Positions 31,747 to 40,970 of a stretch of 64,000 nt of DNA are shown here, in pieces (the first letter of the stretch is position 1; the number at the start of each line of letters is the position of its first letter). A program made the position numbers and the translations under genes. The notes under the pieces are model-generated. The model was not told the DNA's origin and did not search any database. It saw only the letters and a program-made list of their open reading frames with translations. The DNA is from an uncultured bacterium (GTDB taxonomy: Bacteria > Acidobacteriota > HRBIN11 > JAKEFK01), in contig CAVZQN010000004.1 of the NCBI GenBank assembly GCA_963777505.1, forward strand, positions 1,836,387 through 1,900,386. Reading direction: 5' to 3'.

Positions 31747-31782
31747 GGAATCATCGCCCTAATTCTATGCCTATCAATGATT

Positions 31783-31858
31783 TAGAGAGAATAGAGAATA
31801 GAGGATGGAGAATGGCAGGCTCTGCTATGCTCTATCTTCTATCCTCCATTCTCTTCTC
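31783..31858. repeat. Inverted heptamer (GAGAATA-like) repeat pair
   Basis: tagagagaatagagaatagaggatggagaatgg ... ctctatcttctatcctccattctcttctc. Confidence 0.6.
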
Positions 31859-31859
31859 T

Positions 31860-32519
31860 TCAGCTTGGCTTTGATATCTTCTCGGAAGATGCCTTCTCAA
31901 GAGTTTCCCGCAGCATGGCTAAGCGGGATTCCATCTGCTTGAGCAATTCTGCATCTTTTATATATGGGAGATTGATCTCAATGTTTTCTATTGCGCCTTT
32001 TCCCCCGGCATAACAAAGATATTGGGCGACTTTCAAATCCGAGAATGCAGATGGATTTCCGAGGACGGATGCTTCGCGAACAAGGTACAAACATTCAACG
32101 CAGTCGCTTAAAGTTTGAAAGGGCGCATCGATTGCTTTTTTGAAAGCTTTTTGAATTGCTTGCTGTCTGAGTTTGGTTTCTTCTTCGGTGGTCTTTGGCA
32201 TCTTGTATGCTTCAGTCACTTCAGCAAACGCAAGAGAATCTTCAGTAATCAAACGATTCAGTTTTTGCTCATATGAAGTTGCTTCGGTAATAATTTTGCG
32301 TAAAACTTCCTGATCATCTCCACTTACGCCTTTTCGATGCATCCCGATCCGGCAATACATAACAATCAAGGCTGCTGCCAGCGCGCCAGCCAGTGCTGAG
32401 ACGCTTCCACCGCCGGGAACTGGTTCATCGGACGCGAGCTTCTTTAAGAATTCAGCTATTGTCCAGTTTGAGAGATGAGTATTGTTTTCATTTAGAACGG
32501 CTTTTTGTTTTTGCTCCAC
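31860..32519 (-). CDS. Formiminotetrahydrofolate cyclodeaminase-family protein (FTCD_C)
   Basis: FLKKLASDEPVPGGGSVSALAGA, AYKMPK, NIEINL. Confidence 0.88.
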   Translation of the reverse strand: MEQKQKAVLNENNTHLSNWTIAEFLKKLASDEPVPGGGSVSALAGALAAALIVMYCRIGMHRKGVSGDDQEVLRKIITEATSYEQKLNRLITEDSLAFAEVTEAYKMPKTTEEETKLRQQAIQKAFKKAIDAPFQTLSDCVECLYLVREASVLGNPSAFSDLKVAQYLCYAGGKGAIENIEINLPYIKDAELLKQMESRLAMLRETLEKASSEKISKPS

Positions 32520-33715
32520 GCCACGTTCCCTCTCTTGATAACGGTTTCCAATCGGTTAATCCCTAAATTATAAAAAAGATATGCGTAATGTGGAATATCA
32601 AAAATAAGGCAGTCCATTTGCTTGGCAAGTTCGAGTGAGCCAACGGTATCGCTTTTTCCAACTGCCGCTGCTGCATGAAGCGTTGCTGCGGTTAACGTTT
32701 CCTCGGCTGTCATTCGATACAAGAGTGCTCCAAGTTGCATCATGAAAAGCACAGAATGGCTGTAACAAGTACCGGGATTAAAATCGGTCGCAATAGCGAC
32801 TCGAACACCAAGGTCAATCATACGCCGCGCCGGAGCATGCTTTCCGCTTTTTAGCCCGAGTGAAGTTCCTGGAAGTAAAACCGCAACGACATCAGCTTCT
32901 GCCATTTTTTGAATTCCTTCTTCATTTGCAAGGATCAAATGATCAGCAGATACCGCATTCAGTTCAGCAGCAAGCAAGGCTCCACCAACATCCTTCAGCT
33001 CATCCACATGCAATTTAATTTTCAATCCAAGCTCTGCCGCCCTCTTGCTGATGGCTCGCGCTTGTTCAATCGTGTAATAACCTTCATCGCAGAAAACGTC
33101 ACAGAACTTGGCTAGTTTTTGTTCAGCAACTTTCGGAAGCATCACATCAATAATCTCGCGGATGTAGTCCTCATGTTTTACTTCAGGTGGAAAGTCATGA
33201 GCTGCGAGAAATGTGATGACGAGGTCTTGAGTTGCCAGATGTTTGAGGTCGTTTGCGACTTTTAGAAGTTTATGTTCATGTTCCCAACTCAAACCATACC
33301 CAGTTTTTACTTCGACTGTTGTTGTTCCATTTTGAAGCATCAACTGCAGATTTATGAGAGCGTTGTCCCGGAGGGTTTCTTCACTGGCGCTTCGAGTTTC
33401 ACGCATTGTATGCAGAATCCCGCCACCATTTGCAGCAATTTCTTGATAGGTTGCACCACCAAGTTTCATCAGGAATTCTTGACTTCGATCTCCCGCAAAA
33501 ATCAGATGTGTATGGGCATCAACAAAGCCTGGAGTTAGAACTTTGCCGGAAACATTGATTTTCATTGCATCCGGAAAACTGGAAAGCCCTTCAAGGGTTG
33601 ATCCTACGAAGCAAATAGCGTCACCTTCGAATCCGATAGCGCCGTCTTCAAGGACAAGAAATTTGCCGACAGCGTGAGGTGTAACAATCTGCGCCGCGGA
33701 ATGCAAAAGGATCAT
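32492..33715 (-). CDS. hutI: Imidazolonepropionase
   Basis: PGFVDAHTHLIFAGDRSQEF, GGGI, EVKTGYGL, ATDFNPG. Confidence 0.93.
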   Translation of the reverse strand: MILLHSAAQIVTPHAVGKFLVLEDGAIGFEGDAICFVGSTLEGLSSFPDAMKINVSGKVLTPGFVDAHTHLIFAGDRSQEFLMKLGGATYQEIAANGGGILHTMRETRSASEETLRDNALINLQLMLQNGTTTVEVKTGYGLSWEHEHKLLKVANDLKHLATQDLVITFLAAHDFPPEVKHEDYIREIIDVMLPKVAEQKLAKFCDVFCDEGYYTIEQARAISKRAAELGLKIKLHVDELKDVGGALLAAELNAVSADHLILANEEGIQKMAEADVVAVLLPGTSLGLKSGKHAPARRMIDLGVRVAIATDFNPGTCYSHSVLFMMQLGALLYRMTAEETLTAATLHAAAAVGKSDTVGSLELAKQMDCLIFDIPHYAYLFYNLGINRLETVIKRGNVAWSKNKKPF

Positions 33716-34026
33716 CGTTTGCTCTTGTCGGAAATTAATAACGGAAGGTCAACAGCCGCAACTCCCGAAATTCGTAAACGTTTCAGTCTTGATGTCTGCC
33801 CTGAAATTATCTCAATCTGATTCGAAGGAACCAAAAGTCTTTCAGCCAACACCTTTACAAGCTGTTCATTTGCAGCGCCTTCAACAGGTGGGCTTGTCAA
33901 TTTTACCTTGTAAAGACCGGGAGCAACCGACTCAATTGATACTTTTGAAGAACGTGGGATCACACGAACTTGAATGATGCAATGATCCGATTTAACCGTT
34001 AGAGACGTTCTCCTGTTTTTTTGCAT
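33712..34026 (-). CDS. yggU: DUF167 / YggU-family protein
   Basis: VRVIPRSS, PPVEGAANEQL, ISGQTSRLK. Confidence 0.88.
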   Translation of the reverse strand: MQKNRRTSLTVKSDHCIIQVRVIPRSSKVSIESVAPGLYKVKLTSPPVEGAANEQLVKVLAERLLVPSNQIEIISGQTSRLKRLRISGVAAVDLPLLISDKSKR

Positions 34027-34501
34027 AGAACATGACCTTTTCCGCCGTCTTTTCTTCCTCTTTCTGATATTCCAGTAATTTTTGCATGATTTGCATTGAA
34101 GTCTGGATCTTCTCTTGCAGTGCTTTGCGCTGCAATTTCAAATCAAGCATATCTTTTTGAATCTTAATGACAGCGCTCTGGGCATGTTCCATTATTTTTA
34201 TTGCCTTAAATTCAGCTTCTTTAACAATCAGTTCAGCTTCCTTTTTGGCATTGGTGGTCATTGATTCGCTGTTTTTTTGTGCTGTAACAAGCGTATTTTT
34301 CAAGATTTTGTCCCGCTCTTGATAATCCGCCAGCATCTCGCGAAGAGAATCGATTTCCTGTCTGTATACTTCATTCTGACGGCTGAGTTCCTCGATTTCC
34401 TCCGCCACTGCGATCATAAAACTGCGCACTTCTTCCTGGTCAAATCCCTTGAGCTTAACCTGGAATTTTTGGCGCTGAATGTCAATGGCTGAGATCTTCA
34501 T
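33992..34501 (-). CDS. divIVA: DivIVA-domain protein
   Basis: ISAIDIQRQKF...LKGFDQEEVRSF followed by coiled coil (AKKEAELIVKEAE). Confidence 0.88.
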   Translation of the reverse strand: MKISAIDIQRQKFQVKLKGFDQEEVRSFMIAVAEEIEELSRQNEVYRQEIDSLREMLADYQERDKILKNTLVTAQKNSESMTTNAKKEAELIVKEAEFKAIKIMEHAQSAVIKIQKDMLDLKLQRKALQEKIQTSMQIMQKLLEYQKEEEKTAEKVMFYAKKQENVSNG

Positions 34502-34822
34502 CTACCCTCCTATTTGATTAAAATGACGACTTTGCCAGATAAGAACATATTGCATCAGACTGTTCACAACGATGATCTGAATCGCCATTAAAAGTAGAAA
34601 AACAATCATTGGACTCAGATCAATACCGAGCGACATCGGCATTCTGCGTCTGATCGGACGCAAAATCGGCTCAGTCATTTGAAAGATTATGTGAACAATC
34701 TGGTTGTAGGGGACTCTGATCCAGGAAATTACGACTCTGGCAAATAAGACGATCATATACATCTTAACGATCGCATCTAATACTCTCGCAAACCAATAAA
34801 GTATGTTAAGTAATATTAGCAT
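34502..34822 (-). CDS. yggT: YggT-family membrane protein
   Basis: RVVISWI...MTEPILRPIRR...IDLSPM. Confidence 0.9.
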   Translation of the reverse strand: MLILLNILYWFARVLDAIVKMYMIVLFARVVISWIRVPYNQIVHIIFQMTEPILRPIRRRMPMSLGIDLSPMIVFLLLMAIQIIVVNSLMQYVLIWQSRHFNQIGG

Positions 34823-34881
34823 AATCGTATTATATCCTCGAATATGGTTCGTAGGGTCGGGGGTTAAACCGGCCCGTAGTT

Positions 34882-35544
34882 TTATGTCCTGCTACCAAAT
34901 ATATAGCTGCCCACCCTTACCATGGTGGCGCCTTCCTGTATTGCGATCTCGAAATCATGCGACATGCCCATGGAAAGTTCCTTCAAATCCGGATATTCAG
35001 CATGCCATTTTTGCTGCAACTCACATAGTCTTCGAAAATACGGACGAACAAGCTCACTGTTTTCGAAAAACGGCGGTATTATCATAAATCCCCGAAGTTT
35101 TGTCCAGCTAAGCTGCCGAGTTGCTTCAAGCACTCCTGGAAGCTCCGGCTCAGCAAGGCCATGTTTGCTTTCTTCATTTCCAAGATTTAATTCAAGCAAA
35201 CAATCGATCTGTTTTTGCTGTTTTGCAGCTTCCTTTTCCACCTGATGCAATAGCTTAAGTGAATCAATCGACTGGATCCATGAGAAATTCCTGACAGCCT
35301 CTTTTGCCTTGTTCGTTTGAAGATGTCCGATAAAATGCCACTCTATATTAAGGTGAGAAAGAGCGGCAAGTTTTGGTAGAGCTTCTTGAATCCGATTTTC
35401 TCCAAACGTATGAACCCCGGCCTGATATGCTTCAGCAATGACCTCAGGCGGAAAAGTTTTGCTAACTGCAATCAGACGTACATCCCGGCCCTTCGCATTT
35501 TTCGCGATCAGTTCGCAGACTCTGCGAATATTTTCTTGAATCAT
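34882..35544 (-). CDS. yggS: PLP homeostasis protein YggS
   Basis: IAVSKT, FGENRIQE, WHFIGHLQTNK, LSMGMSHDF, GATMVRVGS. Confidence 0.95.
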   Translation of the reverse strand: MIQENIRRVCELIAKNAKGRDVRLIAVSKTFPPEVIAEAYQAGVHTFGENRIQEALPKLAALSHLNIEWHFIGHLQTNKAKEAVRNFSWIQSIDSLKLLHQVEKEAAKQQKQIDCLLELNLGNEESKHGLAEPELPGVLEATRQLSWTKLRGFMIIPPFFENSELVRPYFRRLCELQQKWHAEYPDLKELSMGMSHDFEIAIQEGATMVRVGSYIFGSRT

Positions 35545-35548
35545 GTTT

Positions 35549-35622
35549 GTAGGGGCGGGTCTAAGACCCGCCCGTCTAAATTAGTTAATAATAATGCGGG
35601 CGGGTCTAAGACCCGCCCCTAC
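35549..35622. repeat. REPIN: two inverted GTAG REPs
   Basis: GTAGGGGCGGGTCTAAGACCCGCCCG (35549-35574) and CGGGCGGGTCTAAGACCCGCCCCTAC (35597-35622). Confidence 0.9.
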
Positions 35623-35653
35623 GGTAATCAAATGATACAATCGTTCTCCAGTT

Positions 35654-36292
35654 ATGAAACGCGGAATTTTTATTACATTTGAAGGCATCGAAGGTTCAGG
35701 AAAGTCCACTCAGGCGCAACTTGCTTCCACATGGTTGAAATCTCGCAACATATCTCACGCAATAACGAGAGAGCCTGGAGACAGTACAATTGGAAAGGAC
35801 ATCCGGCGTATTTTACTTTCGGAGAATACAGCCAGTCTTCAACCTGTTTCCGAAGCTCTTCTTTATCTAGCAGATCGGTTTCAACATATAAATGAGGTGA
35901 TCCGTCCGAATCTCGACGCGGGGAATATTGTTTTGTGCGATCGGTATCATGACAGCACGGTGGCTTATCAGGGATATGGCCGTGGCATTTCATTGCAATG
36001 GATTGAAAATATTTGGAGCAATTCAGGACAGTCGCTTCTTCCGGATCAAACATTACTTCTGGATCTTGCCCCTGAAATTGGGCTGAACCGATCGCTGGAA
36101 AAACTGCGCTCGGCCGGCTTAGACGAATCCCGTTTTGAAAAGGAATCACTTGAATTTCATACGCGAGTTCGGGATGGATTTTTGGAAATCGCCCGCCAAA
36201 ATCCAAAAAGATTCAAAATGATCGACGCCTCATTGCCTTCAGAAAAAATAAATCAGATTATTATCGAACATTTAAGTAAAGTAATCCTATGA
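35654..36292 (+). CDS. tmk: Thymidylate kinase
   Basis: FITFEGIEGSGKST, TREPG, CDRYHDSTVAYQGYGRG. Confidence 0.96.
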   Translation: MKRGIFITFEGIEGSGKSTQAQLASTWLKSRNISHAITREPGDSTIGKDIRRILLSENTASLQPVSEALLYLADRFQHINEVIRPNLDAGNIVLCDRYHDSTVAYQGYGRGISLQWIENIWSNSGQSLLPDQTLLLDLAPEIGLNRSLEKLRSAGLDESRFEKESLEFHTRVRDGFLEIARQNPKRFKMIDASLPSEKINQIIIEHLSKVIL

Positions 36293-37278
36293 AATTTTCT
36301 GAATTTGCAGGCAATGAAAGAATCGTTGCTTATTTCAAAAAAGCTATCGGACAAAAGAATCTTGCGCATGCGTATCTTTTTTCAGGTCCTGAAGGAGTGG
36401 GGAAGTCAACTCTCGCACTAACGATCAGTAAAGCATTGCTTTGTCCGAATCGGACAGAGGATGGACCCTGTGAAAAATGTACGACATGCCAGAAATTCGA
36501 AAGCGGGAATCATCCTGATTTCCATCATTTCATTCCGGAAGGTCTCTATTTCAAGATTGATGAAGTGCGCCGCATCATCCATGAAGTTTCTTTAATGCCG
36601 GTTGAATCGGCGTGGAAAGTTTTCGTGTTAGAGCGTGCAGACTACATGCGTGATGAAGCTGCTAACGCCTTATTAAAAGTTCTCGAAGAACCGCCGGGTC
36701 AGGCTATCTTTTTTCTGATAACAGAAGTTGCAGAAGTTCTGTTGCCAACTGTGAAGTCGCGTTGTCAGACTTTTGCTTTTCAACCGTTAGCGCCCGAAGA
36801 TGTAACAAAACTTCTTGTGGATCGGATGGAGTATGCTGAAGATGAGGCCGCTGGCCTTGCTCGATTCAGCCATGGCTCACCAGGCCGGGCGCTGAGTCTG
36901 AACGTAGAGCAGTACAGCGATATTCGAGATCGCGTACTGGCTGCGCTCGAAGCGGCTCTCGCACCGCGAACTTATTACAATTTGATGGATGCGGTTCGAG
37001 CCATCAGTGTTGAGCGAACGGAAATGGGGGAACGTTTTTTAATGCTTGAAGAGTTAACCCGCGATTTAATTTTGTTAAAAATGTCTGACCGTGCAACTCT
37101 TGTTCATCAAGATGCAGCTGAACATTTGCGAGCGCTCGCATCAAACGTTCGACTTGGCTCACTTGTTGAATTTTATGAAAAACTTCTTGAAACACGTGAA
37201 GCTGTAATGAAGGTAAATGCAAATATCGGACTCTCGCTTCAAGCTCTGTTTTTGCCGTTGCGGCTCCAACATTCGTAA
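36289..37278 (+). CDS. holB: DNA polymerase III delta' subunit
   Basis: HAYLFSGPEGVGK, Zn cluster, HPDF, AANALLKVLEEPP, TVKSRC; follows tmk. Confidence 0.93.
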   Translation: MKFSEFAGNERIVAYFKKAIGQKNLAHAYLFSGPEGVGKSTLALTISKALLCPNRTEDGPCEKCTTCQKFESGNHPDFHHFIPEGLYFKIDEVRRIIHEVSLMPVESAWKVFVLERADYMRDEAANALLKVLEEPPGQAIFFLITEVAEVLLPTVKSRCQTFAFQPLAPEDVTKLLVDRMEYAEDEAAGLARFSHGSPGRALSLNVEQYSDIRDRVLAALEAALAPRTYYNLMDAVRAISVERTEMGERFLMLEELTRDLILLKMSDRATLVHQDAAEHLRALASNVRLGSLVEFYEKLLETREAVMKVNANIGLSLQALFLPLRLQHS

Positions 37279-37348
37279 GGGCTTTTTCAACGCCGAGAGC
37301 GCCGAGAAATTTTTATGAAAAACTCGGCGGCCTCTGCGTTAAAAAATA

Positions 37349-39792
37349 ATGCTGATTAATCTGCTCGCCGTACCGCTGCTATTTCTTCTGCCCGGTTTTG
37401 CAATTGCACGTCTCATCGCACGGGATCGCGGTCCTGCATTTTGGCTTGTGTCAATCCTTTTTAGTATTCCTGTGACATCCATTGCTGGTTTCGCTCTGGC
37501 TCGTTTTGGATGGTTTTCGCTTCCTGCCGTTAGCGGAGTTGTTACAGTTATTTCTGCTTGTCTTTTGATATTTCAACAAAAATCCGATTTTCGATTCGAT
37601 TCGTTTCTCAACAAGCGAACAGTTCTAGTTCTTGTTTTAGTGAGTGGGGGGCTTTTTGTGTATTTTGCTCCACCATTTGAATACTTTTTTGGAGGACGCG
37701 ATCCTGGAATCTATGTAATGAATGGAATTCGCATTGCACGAACCGGGTCATTTACTGCAGAAGATCCAATTGTTGAAAAGATTGCGCCAGAATATCGTCA
37801 GCTTTTTTTCAGCATAAAAGGTCCTTTGCGTTATATGGGGTTTTTTCTTGGATCATCGACTGATCATAGAGTCATTCCGAATTTCTTCTATCTGTATCCT
37901 CTGTGGCTCGGAATGTTTTATTCGATATTTGGAATTAACGGGATGCTGTATGCGACGCCATTTCTAATGGTAAGCATGCTGCTCGCTGCATCGATTTATG
38001 TCGCGTTTGTTTTGGGAAGACTCCACAGCATCGGATTTATTTTGATTTTGGGTACAACGGCAATGACGTTGTGGTTTGCGCGATTTCCGAATTCAGAAGT
38101 TCTTGCAGGCGGTCTGATCTGGATCGCTTTATTTTGTTTTCATTTGTATCGTGAGAAATCGATGTTGATCCCAGGAATGTTCGGGGCAGTCTGTTTGGCG
38201 CTTGCATTTTGGGCGAGAGTCGATGCAATCCTTCTGTCAGTCCCATTGGTTCTGGATCTTGCAATGCGTTGGATTGCAGGAAAAATGAGCAAAAAGGATC
38301 TGATCGTTATCGGTTTGTACCTGATCTTTATTTCGCTTGGTATATTCCATTCGCTTACAACAAACAGCGACTACATTCTTGCCGCATTTCAGAATCTCCG
38401 TTTCAAACCATATAAGGTAGCGCTTGTTGTTGGAGGCCTGGCCGCGCTTCTCATTTTGCTCGCAATTGCAGGAAAACGTTTTCGGTTGTCAGAAAAAGAT
38501 GGCGTAGGCCGTTGGATTGCAGTTGCGCTCGCAATCTTGCTTGCGTATGCGTATTGTGTCAGGCCCTTTTATCCATATTCCAATGCCGGATCGCCGAATG
38601 CTGGTTCATTTCTAGCACTGGGTTGGTACTTTACGCATCCTGTTGTCGTTCTGTCGCTGCTTGGAATTATTTTGTACCCGCTACGATTTCGTTCGATCGA
38701 TTGGATCCTATTTGGAGGAACTCTGGTTTATTCGATTCTGTACTTTTACAGAATTCGTGGACATGCTGAGCATTTTTGGATGTTACGTCGTTATTTAATG
38801 CTGATTGCGCCGGCTCTTGTATTTTTTGCGTTGTATGGATTTCGTGAAATCTTTTCCAGAATTGAATCCCGCTTGAGGCCCGGCTTTGCAGTGGCAAGGC
38901 GCGAGAGCCTGGTGTTGATTGCATTATGTGTCTTACTTGCGGGCTGGTTCATTTACGATAATCGTTCGCTTCATTCGCATAAGGAATATTCCCAAAGTCT
39001 CAAGTTTTTAGAGGCATTGTCACGGCGGCTTGCACCGGAAGACTTACTGTTGATTGGAGCCCGTGAAGCAAACGATCTTCATATCATTGCTCCGATGTTG
39101 TCATACTATTTCGATCGCAATGTCTTAGTTTTGCGGTTGGGAGAGCCTAATCTGGAATTATTGGATCGCTTTAGAAAAAGTTGGAAGGGGAACGTATATT
39201 TTGCAGGTACTGGAAATAGTAATCTGGCTGCGGGTCCATTTTTTCTTGAGCCGATTGAAGATTTTCGATTTGAAACTCCAGTCTATGACGAAGTCTATCA
39301 TCGAAAACCGAAGGTCTCATTTCTGAAGTACTTTCAAATTGGTTTTTACAGGCTGACCGACCAAACAATAGGAGATCCTACACAGTGGATATCGGCCGTT
39401 TTGATGATGGCAGCATCACGAACTTTCATCTAAAGGAAAAACATCAAACTGTAACGTACCGCTGGACGAACGGGTCTGGACATGTATTTTTTCCAAAGAA
39501 GAATGATAGTATTACTAGTATAGTATTACGAATGAATCCAGGACCCTGGGTCCCCGGAATGGAAAGAGTGTGGGTGAAATTGTACGTAAATGGCTATCCT
39601 TTGGTTGACTTGGTTTTAGGAAACGGTTATAACACGTATGACGTGCCTGTTCCTGCCATGATCCGGGAAAAACTAGCGGGTGGACCGGTCGATCTCCTGA
39701 TCGAATCGAAGAGTTGGATCCCAAAACGAGTCCTTAATCTTCCGGACACAAGACGAGTAGGGGTAATTGTAGATTGGGTAAAACTGCAATAG
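37349..39792 (+). CDS. Polytopic membrane protein, probable GT-C glycosyltransferase; frameshift near 39.38 kb
   Basis: Many TM helices; GGRDPGIY, FARFPNSE, RRYL; a C-terminal soluble domain (YRWT...DTRRVGV) in the second frame; next to a GT2 gene. Confidence 0.65.
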
Positions 39793-39794
39793 TA

Positions 39795-39821
39795 GTAGGG
39801 GCGAGCTCTAAGACGCGCCCG
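39795..39821. repeat. Degenerate GTAG REP
   Basis: GTAGGGGCGAGCTCTAAGACGCGCCCG. Confidence 0.65.
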
Positions 39822-39832
39822 CTAAAAAATAA

Positions 39833-40834
39833 ATGAAGCTAATCATCCAACTTCCATGCTTTAACGAAGCAGAAACTTTGCCTCGCACAATTCCAGATAT
39901 CCCGCGCCAAATTGAAGGTGTAGATTCTGTTGAAATTCTTGTAATTGATGATGGCAGCCGCGATGGAACCAGCACAATTGCTCGATCACTTGGTGTTGAT
40001 CATATTGTACGTTTTCCAAATCACAGAGGATTGGCTTCGGCCTTTAATGCAGGCATCTATGCAGCCCTTACGATGGGAGCCGACATTGTCGTAAATACAG
40101 ATGCAGACAATCAATACAATTCAGCTGACATTGAACATTTGATCCGTCCAATCTTGCTCGGTGAAGCCGATGTTGTTATCGGTGACCGGAATGTAGATTC
40201 AATTGAGCATTTTTCATTTCTAAAGCGGAAGCTTCAGCGCTTTGGAAGCTGGGTTGTGCGGCAGGTGTCCGGCACAAAAATTCCGGATGCAACAAGTGGA
40301 TTCCGCGCATATTCACGCGAAGCTGCAATGCGTGTAAATATTCTTACAGACTTCACATATACGCTTGAAACAATTATTTCGGCCGGCAAAAAGCGGATGG
40401 CTATTCAGCATATTCCAGTCCGTACAAATCCGAAACTTCGCGAATCCCGATTGTTTAATAACACCTGGGATTATGTCAAAAAATCGATTGTCACCATCAT
40501 CCGAATTTATACGCATTACGAACCGCTCAAAATTTTCTTTTACATCGGTTCAATTGTTTTTGGAGCCGGCGTCATTATCGGCTTACGCTTCCTTTATTAC
40601 TACATTTTCGGCAACAGTCAGGGTCATATTCAGTCTTTAATTCTTGCTGCCGTTCTACTGATCGTAGGATTTCAGATATATCTGATTGGATTGGTCTCCG
40701 ATTTGATTTTTGGAAATCGCAAAATATTGGAAGAGATACTTTATCGCCAGAAGCAATTTGATCTTGAAAAAGAAAAGCTGCTACAACGTCTCGCCGAAAA
40801 TCCCTCCGCAAGCGAACAATACATTAAGAAATAG
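39833..40834 (+). CDS. GT2 glycosyltransferase (DPM1-like with C-terminal TMs)
   Basis: IDDGSRD, NTDADNQY, DATSGFRAYSR. Confidence 0.9.
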   Translation: MKLIIQLPCFNEAETLPRTIPDIPRQIEGVDSVEILVIDDGSRDGTSTIARSLGVDHIVRFPNHRGLASAFNAGIYAALTMGADIVVNTDADNQYNSADIEHLIRPILLGEADVVIGDRNVDSIEHFSFLKRKLQRFGSWVVRQVSGTKIPDATSGFRAYSREAAMRVNILTDFTYTLETIISAGKKRMAIQHIPVRTNPKLRESRLFNNTWDYVKKSIVTIIRIYTHYEPLKIFFYIGSIVFGAGVIIGLRFLYYYIFGNSQGHIQSLILAAVLLIVGFQIYLIGLVSDLIFGNRKILEEILYRQKQFDLEKEKLLQRLAENPSASEQYIKK

Positions 40835-40970
40835 TTCATTAAAATAAAACCGCAAAGACACAAAGACTCAAAATTGGTGTAACATCAGATTCGAATACTG
40901 TCTGTAAACACGTATTCCGTTTTCAACGTCTTAACTTCAGGAACAACGCTACAATGTGCGCAGGTTAATC

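Noticed and set aside
30586-31860. CIRCE operator near hrcA or grpE
   Set aside because: No acceptable match to TTAGCACTC-N9-GAGTGCTAA on either strand.
12097-39433. Programmed frameshifting in the SpoIID, DUF4388, VWA and GT-C genes
   Set aside because: No shared slippery site or stimulatory structure, and indels are pervasive in this contig.
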